A stretch of DNA of 41,419 nt. It comes from Methanobacteriota archaeon (GTDB lineage Archaea > Thermoplasmatota > Poseidoniia > Poseidoniales > Thalassarchaeaceae). A model generated the notes under the pieces. The model was not told the DNA's origin and made no database searches. It worked only from the letters and a program-made list of their open reading frames with translations. Location of the stretch: NCBI GenBank assembly GCA_002723045.1, contig PBNI01000033.1, forward strand, positions 1 to 41,419, written 5' to 3'. A program made the position numbers and the translations under genes. Below, piece by piece: positions 1 to 7,500 of the stretch; within the stretch, counting starts at the first letter, position 1; the number at the start of each line of letters is the position of its first letter.

Positions 1-116
1 CGCTTCGAGAAGGTCCAGCGCCGCGAGGCAGGCGTAGACGACCCGATTCGCCTCGTCGCTCGCGCCTGGTGAGCCCGACATTTGCGGGCCAAGGCAGCCT
101 GAGCCAAAGCAAATCG

Positions 117-232
117 CCGCAGCCGCAGTCGGGGGCTCGCTTCCAGAGGTCGAGCGCGCCGCGAGGCAACTACTGCGGCAGATTCTCGCGGTCACGGGAC
201 TGCGGATGCAAAGGCCTACTGCGGTACTGCGG
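117..232. repeat. CTGCGG-core short repeat family (TACTGCGG x3, GACTGCGG x1, two inverted CCGCAG copies) in a GC-rich non-coding-looking segment
   Basis: Read directly. CCGCAG occurs at 117-122 and 123-128, and CCGCAGT at 123-129 is the reverse complement of ACTGCGG. TACTGCGG occurs at 171-178, 217-224 and 225-232, and GACTGCGG at 198-205. Function unknown. Confidence 0.6.
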
Positions 233-235
233 TAT

Positions 236-257
236 AATTAGGGGGCTAATTTTTTTT
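236..257 (+). terminator. AT-rich hairpin followed by a T8 tract (terminator-like for a + strand transcript entering from the left)
   Basis: AATTAG (236-241), GGGG loop, CTAATT (246-251), then a T run at 250-257. Archaeal RNA polymerase terminates at oligo-T. The stem is only 6 AT-rich bp, so the T8 is the stronger signal. Confidence 0.35.
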
Positions 258-265
258 AAAATACC

Positions 266-336
266 GGTACCTACCTACGGTACGGTAGGCCCATACCTAC
301 GGTACCTACGGTACCTGGTAGGTACCTACGGTACGC
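266..336. repeat. Cluster of CCTACGGTAC decamers interleaved with GGTACC palindromes
   Basis: CCTACGGTAC occurs at 274-283, 296-305, 305-314 and 325-334. GGTACC occurs at 266-271, 301-306, 310-315 and 321-326. The cluster lies in the spacer just beyond the stop (373) of the minus-strand gene. Confidence 0.7.
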
Positions 337-372
337 TGCCTTGAGAGAGACGCCCCCCGTACCCGACGCGAG

Positions 373-915
373 TCACTGAGTTTTGTTCTTGTCCCTAGTA
401 CTCAGGCCCTGTCCGTCCTCTCCTTCGCCACCGCCTTCGGTGCCGCCGTCTCCGGATCCTTCGCCTTGGAAGTCGGGATCGTATGCGTCGGGTATTCCGT
501 CGCCGTCCGAATCCGAAGCGGCTCCGTCGTTGGGGTCGTTTGGATATGGGTCGTTAGCATCATTGGTACCGTCGCCGTCAGTATCTGCCGAGTTTGGGTT
601 GGTCCCTAATTCGTACTCTTCCAGGTTGTCTAGGCCGTCGCCATCGGGATCGGCTCCACTGTCACTGGCAGAGTTGGGGTTGAGGCCGTAGTTGACCTCC
701 CATCCATCTGGCATACCATCGTTGTCGGTATCTGGGTTATTCATGTCTGTACCAGCACTTTGCTCCTCTGCATTGGTCAGTCCGTCCCCGTCCCAGTCGG
801 CTCCTCCGTCTGAAGGGTCAAGGGGGTCTGATCCGTCGGCTCCGACGCCGGCTGAACCGGCCATGAGCACTAGGAGCAGCGCTGTTATCACACTAGCTTT
901 CTTCTGATATTGCAT
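373..915 (-). CDS. Secreted acidic protein with thrombospondin type-3-like calcium-binding repeats
   Basis: The track ORF is 373..1014. I start it at ATG 915, where [28 protein letters not shown] looks like a signal peptide and AGGAAGTGA lies 7 nt upstream. The rest consists of DxDxDGxxDxxE-type loops: [60 protein letters not shown]. Confidence 0.75.
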   Translation of the reverse strand: MQYQKKASVITALLLVLMAGSAGVGADGSDPLDPSDGGADWDGDGLTNAEEQSAGTDMNNPDTDNDGMPDGWEVNYGLNPNSASDSGADPDGDGLDNLEEYELGTNPNSADTDGDGTNDANDPYPNDPNDGAASDSDGDGIPDAYDPDFQGEGSGDGGTEGGGEGEDGQGLSTRDKNKTQ

Positions 916-1166
916 TGTAAATTCACTTCCTAATTTTTCGTTAATCCAACGAGTAATGGATGATTGCTTGGAGCGAGTCTGGACACGTGTCCGAATACCG
1001 CAATAACACTGCACTGAGCGTCATTTCTGGTTTTCCGAACTCTCTTATTTCTGTTCTGACTCCTCCTTTTCTAATCATCCAATCTCACTGGCTTTCTCAG
1101 GGAACCCTCTGTTCCCTCTGGCTTCGGAGAGGCATGTAACGTATTTCAAGGGTTCCTGTGCTGGTT

Positions 1167-1598
1167 TCAAGGGGTTATTCTCGAAAGCTCGGCCTGAAAC
1201 CTAGTGGCTCCCATGAAGTGTAGAACTGGGACGATGAGGGAAGAAATCGCGAGGACACCGAAGAATAGGCCCGACCAGAGCTCTATTCCTCGGCCGATTG
1301 AGAGGAACAGGAACCATCCAATTAGGACGGAGGCCCATGGCAGGTGTCTCCTGGTGTAGAGAGAGAGTCGGGCATTCAAAATCTCGTCTGAGTAGAACTG
1401 GGGCGTGTCATTGGGGTCTGCTAAGCCATTCTCGACCCCGCAACGTGAGCAGACCTGGTATCTCGGCCCGTTCCCGGTGATGAATTGGGACTGGGGATAG
1501 TTCTGCTTGCAAATCCTGCATACTGGCATGATTCTCGTTCCGACCAGAGGAGTGTTGTCCTTCAAGGCTACGGTCCTCGGGACTGGCTCAATCGTCAT
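1167..1598 (-). CDS. Zinc-ribbon protein with two C-terminal TM helices, function unknown
   Basis: Track ORF 1167..1658. It has CxxC...CxxC (CRICKQ...CSRCG), then the hydrophobic segments WASVLIGWFLFLSIG and LFFGVLAISSLIVPVL. ATG 1598 overlaps the end of the giant upstream gene (stop 1588-1590) by 11 nt. An alternative ATG at 1529 (MPVCRIC) is possible. Confidence 0.6.
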   Translation of the reverse strand: MTIEPVPRTVALKDNTPLVGTRIMPVCRICKQNYPQSQFITGNGPRYQVCSRCGVENGLADPNDTPQFYSDEILNARLSLYTRRHLPWASVLIGWFLFLSIGRGIELWSGLFFGVLAISSLIVPVLHFMGATRFQAELSRITP

Positions 1599-4500
1599 CA
1601 AGCACTTCGTCCAGGAATGACACGTCGATGTCCTCGGATTCCTCCTCGACGAGTCCATCGGCTAGGTCATTGAGTCCCTCGAGGCTGATCTCCTCTGTTT
1701 CCGATTCGAGGAGGTCCCCCACAGAAACATCAGGGACCTGCCACTCCTCAGGATCCTCCTCAATGGGGTTCTCGGGCATATCGTCCTCTGGATACTCCTC
1801 GCCCTCCTGTGGCCTGAGTAGTGAGCTGGAGGCTATTTCGTCCTCTTCGGATATGCCCATTGCCTCCCTGGTCATCTCCTCCTCCAACTCGACCTCCTGG
1901 GTGCCCATCTCCCATGGCTGTGGAGCGGTTTTCTCCCTAGGCCTGATTATCAGGGCGGCACCGAGGATGACCATGATGGCTGAAATCAACATAATGACTG
2001 TATTTAGATCCCCATCGACAAGCTGGTCGAACCAAGACTCGCCATCGGCCCCCGGGCCGTCGGATGATCCTCCGGGAGTGAGTTCTGATAGCGGATAGAC
2101 TCGGATTGAATCGACAGAGAGTCTGTGGACTTCCCCGTCGAAGGCTACGACCGACAGCCAGTAGGGTGTCGAGAAACTCACTAGTGTCGGGCCGATTGAG
2201 TCGAAGGAGGCGTTGGAGGTGACCGAGGAAGCGACGATGATGGCATCTCTGGTGTCCGAGAACTGCATCGTACTAGCGAAAACGGTATAGGATTCCACCT
2301 GCGGGTCTTCCGATTCAGCCCAGAGTACCTCGATTCGGGATCCTGTCGAATCCCAGTAAGCCATGACCTCAGAAACCTCTGGCAGGTGAATTCCGGGATC
2401 TTGCGAGTTCTCATCGACGGGACTGATCATTGAGGTCTCGAGTCCGTCTAGCCATGCATTACCGGAGGTATCGACTGAAACAACCGCGACCCACATTGGT
2501 ACGTCGGGCTGGATGCTCTCTCCGCTAGAAAGTGCTTCTAGTAGGAACTGCCCGCCCTCTGAACGGTCCAGAACCAATACTGGTTCGAGTCCCTCGGCAC
2601 TATCGAACGGTGCTCCTGCCACTGCGAATACCCGGTACTCTGCTATGTCGGGCTCGGAACTCGATGGGAATGAGACGAATACCCCATCGCCAGAGTCCGG
2701 TGCCCTGTCAACCAGGGTCGGTGAGGGGACCCTCTCGGGAGGGAACAGGTCTCCTCTGTTGTCTATTGGCGTGACTAGAGCCATATTGTCGCTCAAGTCT
2801 GAGAGGATAACGTTCCCAGCCAAGTCGTGGATCGTTACGGTGACGTAGAGGGGGACGTCGGGAGATATCCCAGATGGGGATAGTGCTTCGGCCTCTGTGC
2901 CGTAAAGTGCCGAAGAGAGGGTTAGCTCGAGGCGCGGGGAGTTGCCAATCTGCCTCTGGTCGATTGTGACAAGGTTGCATGCGCCGCTTGATTCGCAGGC
3001 TGAGTTGACTTCGGTCAAGTCGTTCAGAGGGAAGTCTGAAGCCCAAACTGTGTAGTGGCTGAAGTCTTCTGCCAGTGTCCTGTCCCAACTTACGTCGATT
3101 GCTGTGCCATCATCATCGGGATGGTCCCATGCCTGTAGCCCTGAGACCATGTCTGGAGGGGTGAATTCAGTGGAGTCGAACTCGGAGTAACTGGCTGTCT
3201 CGACCACGAGTACGTCGTCGACGTTCTGATTGCCCCAGTCATCAACAGCCACCACCCCGATCCAGTATACTACGTCGTTTTCCAGTGTTGAGTTGCCGAT
3301 TGAGTCGATTACGACCTCATCGGTGGAGCAGTCGGTTACGAACTGTGCGACAGGCCAGCCGTCTACAGATGTAGGGGCCGTCCAACCAGATGCGGGGAGG
3401 ATGTAGATGACGTGGAATGAGCAATCCTCCTCCTGGTTAGGATTCCATGTTACTATTATCCTGCCTCCCTCGTCGTTAGGTGCGTCGCTGGCCGTGGTAC
3501 CGGTAATGGGTACGGGGGCTATGCCGTCATTGAGACCGCCTGCTGTGACTACCGGCCCCACCACTGTGGCGTTAGATGGGTCGAATTGTCCGGCTTCGTC
3601 TACACAGACGATTGCGAACCAGTAGGGGACGTTGCCATCTAGTTCGAGGACTGAGGAGTTGCCTGCTGCGAAGGCAAAGTCGATTGGGTCGGACAGTGCA
3701 AGGGCATTGGTAATCTCCTGCTGGACGGCCCAAATTCTAGTAAACTGCGGGTCTAGTTCCTGACAGGCTGACCACTCGACTGAAACCGTCCCGGGAGACC
3801 CTCCAGAAATTGGCTGTACGTCTAGCCATTCCGGGGGCGAGGGGGTCTCGTCGGTCGGGGTTGCGTTCCCTTCCCAAGAGATTGGGTCTCCAAGGCTACC
3901 GTCAGGGTATTCGATTGCTACTGCAGCTCTGTATTGCCTCTGGTCTGAGAGTTGGACCTCGGAGCCATTGCTGTTTCCAGTAGTGAAGACTGCGGTGGTC
4001 TGGGACCAATAGGGTACTCTCTGGTAAGAAGGTAGGTTGGGCAGGTCATCCTTGGACGGTGTCCACTGCGGGTTGTCCGTTGAGTCCCAAAGGTAGATCC
4101 TGTAGGCTGACCAAGCCGAGTCCTGGGCTGGTAGCCAGGACGCGTGGAGGACGCCCCCGCCGTCGTTGGGTCGGTCAAATAGGCTCGTCATCACCGTAGG
4201 GGCCTCTAGCCTCTCCCAGTCATAGGATACGCGAATCTTGATTCTCCCATCCTGCGGAGATTGCATTTGGAGGTGCACTGACGAAGATAGGGAACCTGGT
4301 GGGGTGTTGAAGATAGCATTCTGGAAAGACTCCTCTATTCTGGGATCTAGTGCAGCTATGTCCCAACTCCCTGTGTAGTTGAGATGGGTCGACTTGGCCC
4401 AAACCCACGATCCCTGAGCGGGGGAAGAGAATGTAAGTGAGCCGGGGTAAAGAAGCAAATCGGATGAGTTCTCCTGGTTTTGATCGAGTGGAATCGTAAT

Positions 4501-7500
4501 TGGGTTATCCTGAGAGACCAATGTGGTAGACATCCCCGGCCTGGTTGTATCAGTAATGTCCTGCGTTCTATCTGCGAAAATTGCGTTTAGTGGATATGCC
4601 CTCCTCTGATTCTCCCTGGGGACCTCCCTCAGTGTCTCCATCGGCTTGAAGATGTGCAGTCCGTCTTCCCCCAGCACGGCTAGCCCCATCCATGGATCGG
4701 CATCAGCGGCCAAAGCACCCGGCATCTCGCCTATCGTGACGACATCGTGGTCCCCGGTTGCCCTGACGATGCTTATCTTGCTCGCGGAAATGGCAGCAAG
4801 GTGGGTCCCATCGGAAGCTAGGTCTGTGATGGGCCAAGCCTGCAGGTCGATTGCCCCTTGGCCGGCCTCCATCGACATGGAAGTTCCATTCCAGTGCACT
4901 AGAGGCTGGTTCGAGGTTGCTATGTGGACGCCCCATAGGTCTGTTTCGACGGCACTAACGTCGTTACTGGGAATCATGTCGATATTGTACGTGCCGTTGT
5001 AGCTGTCCGTAGAGACGTCCCAGGCGGCGACTCCGGGTCTTGTTACTCCTTGTCCGTTGTGCGAGATGAAAATAGCCGAGTCGTGATGCAGGGTGATCGT
5101 TGAACCGGTGGATGTGTCATTGAAAGTCCTGGACACCGAGTCGGCATACACTATGCCAGAAACAAAGTCGCCGACCAATCCGTCTGCCCTACCTATCGTC
5201 CCGACGATTCCGAGGTTCTGGTCTAGGACGACCATCCCCGTAGGGCCACCTACGAGAACGGTCCCGTTGCCGAGAACTGGTGCCGGTGGAACGAATAGGT
5301 GGTTGGAGATTGGTGTGGGGAGCCCATCAACCGTGGTAATTGGATCGTCCCAATCGTACTTCGTTAGGTTCCATAGCCCTATACCGCCGTGGGTTGAGAC
5401 GAGAATGTGCTCCCCGTATTCGACGAAGTCTGTCACGATGTTGCTGGGGAGCCCAGCCAAAAGGCTCCCTTGGCCCCAAGATCGGGTCTCCGGGTAGAAT
5501 GTCTGGAAACCGGCAGAGCTTCCCGCCCAGCCCATTAGCCCTATGAACAGGTTCTCGCCGTCATGGAGCAGTCCGTCCATCTGGTTGTGCAACGCGGGTG
5601 GGGTCTGCTGGGTGGACCTCTGGCTGAGGTTGAATGAGAATAGTCCGTTTCCAACGGTAGTGGCCCAAATCTCCTGCTCCACCAACATAATCTCATTGAT
5701 GGACTCGGAGAGGGCATCGAAGCCATACTGCCAATTCACCGAGCCATTGTCGAGAAGTTCTCCCTGTAGTACGGTGGATGCGAGGTATGAGTACTCAGAT
5801 GAGCCTACGGTTACCCAAACGTGAGTCTCGTTGGAAATCATCTCGTGGACGACACCTGAGGGTAGTCCGACTAACTCATCGAATCCACCCTCGATTAGTC
5901 CTGTGCTGTCGAGTCTGTCCACCCTATTGATTCCAGAGAGGTCCCCCGACCTTCCAATGGCGTAGGACCTGGAGGTAGTAGGTGCCCTCACTATTGAGCA
6001 AGAGTCCATGCCAATGCCTATGACCTGCCCAGAGGTTGCTGATGAGCCCGAGGTGATTACCCGAGTAATCCCCCCGTTTCCGTCATAATGGGAGACAAGT
6101 AGGAGGTCCTCTTCGTAAAGCATACCACCCGGGAAGACCGGGTTCTCGGAAACTCCCATATCTGGAGTTAGCGTGTCCAAGAAGTTGTTAGCGGAATAGT
6201 CGAATCGATCTATGCCGACGTTGTCAGCATCGAAGCCTACGTACAGTATTTCGTTCTCTTCGTCGCATGCTAGCGCTCGGACATCCTTGTCCACCATGTT
6301 TGAGTTGTCGTTGGTGATAGGCGTAATCCACTCCTCGGTGATTCCATCGCCATCATTGTCGCCAAGATCGAATCTTGCGATTCCCCCACCGACTGCCCAC
6401 CACTGCCATGCGCTGAAGCCGATGGCCACATGGACGATATCTTGGCAAAGCAAGATGTCGGCTCCGTATCCATCGGGGATATCGCTTGTATCGACGTCCC
6501 AAATGGTCCAGTTGCTGTTGTTGCCGGATAGCCGCATCACATGGCCATCGTTTCCATAACCGGATGAAGCCCAGAGGTCGTCTCCAACGACTTTCATGGA
6601 GTAGAAGTCTAGTTCCGAATCGGAAGGAAGCCCGTCTCCCGGTAGCCACGAGGATTGCCATGTCTCATTTGATGGATTCCAGCGGAGGATTCCATTCATG
6701 CTGGCGAAGAGGTACTCTCCTTGATACTCGACCATCCCTCTGATCCTTCCGTCGACATCGTTCCACTGGTCCAGAAGAGTCATGTTTGAGGCAGAGAATC
6801 TCCTGAGGATATTGTCGCCGTATGCCACCCACATCTCGCATGATGCGTTTAGAGGAAAGCAGTCACCCAAGTATTGGGCGTTGACCCTGCCAACATCTCC
6901 GATTGTCTGTAGATCGTCCTCCCATCCATCCGAAGTCGTATTCCACCTGAGTATTGTTCCTGGGTCACCCGAACCACCCCAACCGGATGTCTCCACGACG
7001 CTGATCCATACCTCATCGCCGATTTGGTTCATCCCGTGGATGACTCCGTTGAAACCTAGGCGTTCTCCGGCATCGATTGTTTGGAGAGTAGAGTTGTTGT
7101 CGAGGTTGATTCTAGCAACCTCGTCCCTCGAGTTCCATGGATTCCCTCGTTGAGGAGAGTAATACATGACCTCGTCAACAATTAGGATCTCTGCAGGGGA
7201 GTAGTTTGGAAGGGTCGGACCGTCTTGGTTAGCGCCTCGGTCCCATTGAATAAGGGCCGTTTCGTTTACCAAATCAATCAGGGTGAGTCCGAAATCTCCT
7301 CCAGCCCAAATGGTTCCCTCTTCCCTTCCCTCTATCATGACGGTGACATCGTCATCTCCTATGATTCCCTGAGAGCCGTCCCATGGGGTGAGCCACGATC
7401 CCGAAGTGAGGTTGAATCGGGCGATTCCTATGTTCTCAAATCCGAGGTAGAGTGTCTCGCCGAATTTGACTACGCGTGCTCTCTCGGTGTCGTCTCCTGC

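Noticed and set aside
236-336. Replication origin (AT-rich element flanked by repeated boxes)
   Set aside because: The AT-rich stretch is only about 25 nt. The decamers do not resemble the ORB / mini-ORB consensus I know. No orc1/cdc6 gene is visible nearby. I retain it only as a generic repeat array in the findings.
69-344. 91-aa + strand ORF across the left-edge region
   Set aside because: The translation is low-complexity and driven by the GC-rich segment and the CCTACGGTAC repeats (..YLRYLRYLVGTYGTLP). It crosses the hairpin/T8 tract. No protein-like features are visible.
383-907. Two + strand ORFs (102 and 71 aa), S/P-rich
   Set aside because: They are the antisense shadow of the D/G-rich TSP3-repeat gene (GAC/GGC codons read backwards give S/P). 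The minus-strand product has a signal peptide and coherent repeats.
916-1014. N-terminal 33-aa extension of the TSP3-like ORF ([11 protein letters not shown]...)
   Set aside because: The internal ATG 915 is immediately followed by a signal-peptide-like sequence and has an SD. The extension is basic and Cys-rich and unlike a leader.
2582-2592. GGTTCGAGTCC, a tRNA T-arm-like motif
   Set aside because: It lies inside the giant CDS, and I could not fold the flanks into acceptor, D and anticodon arms.
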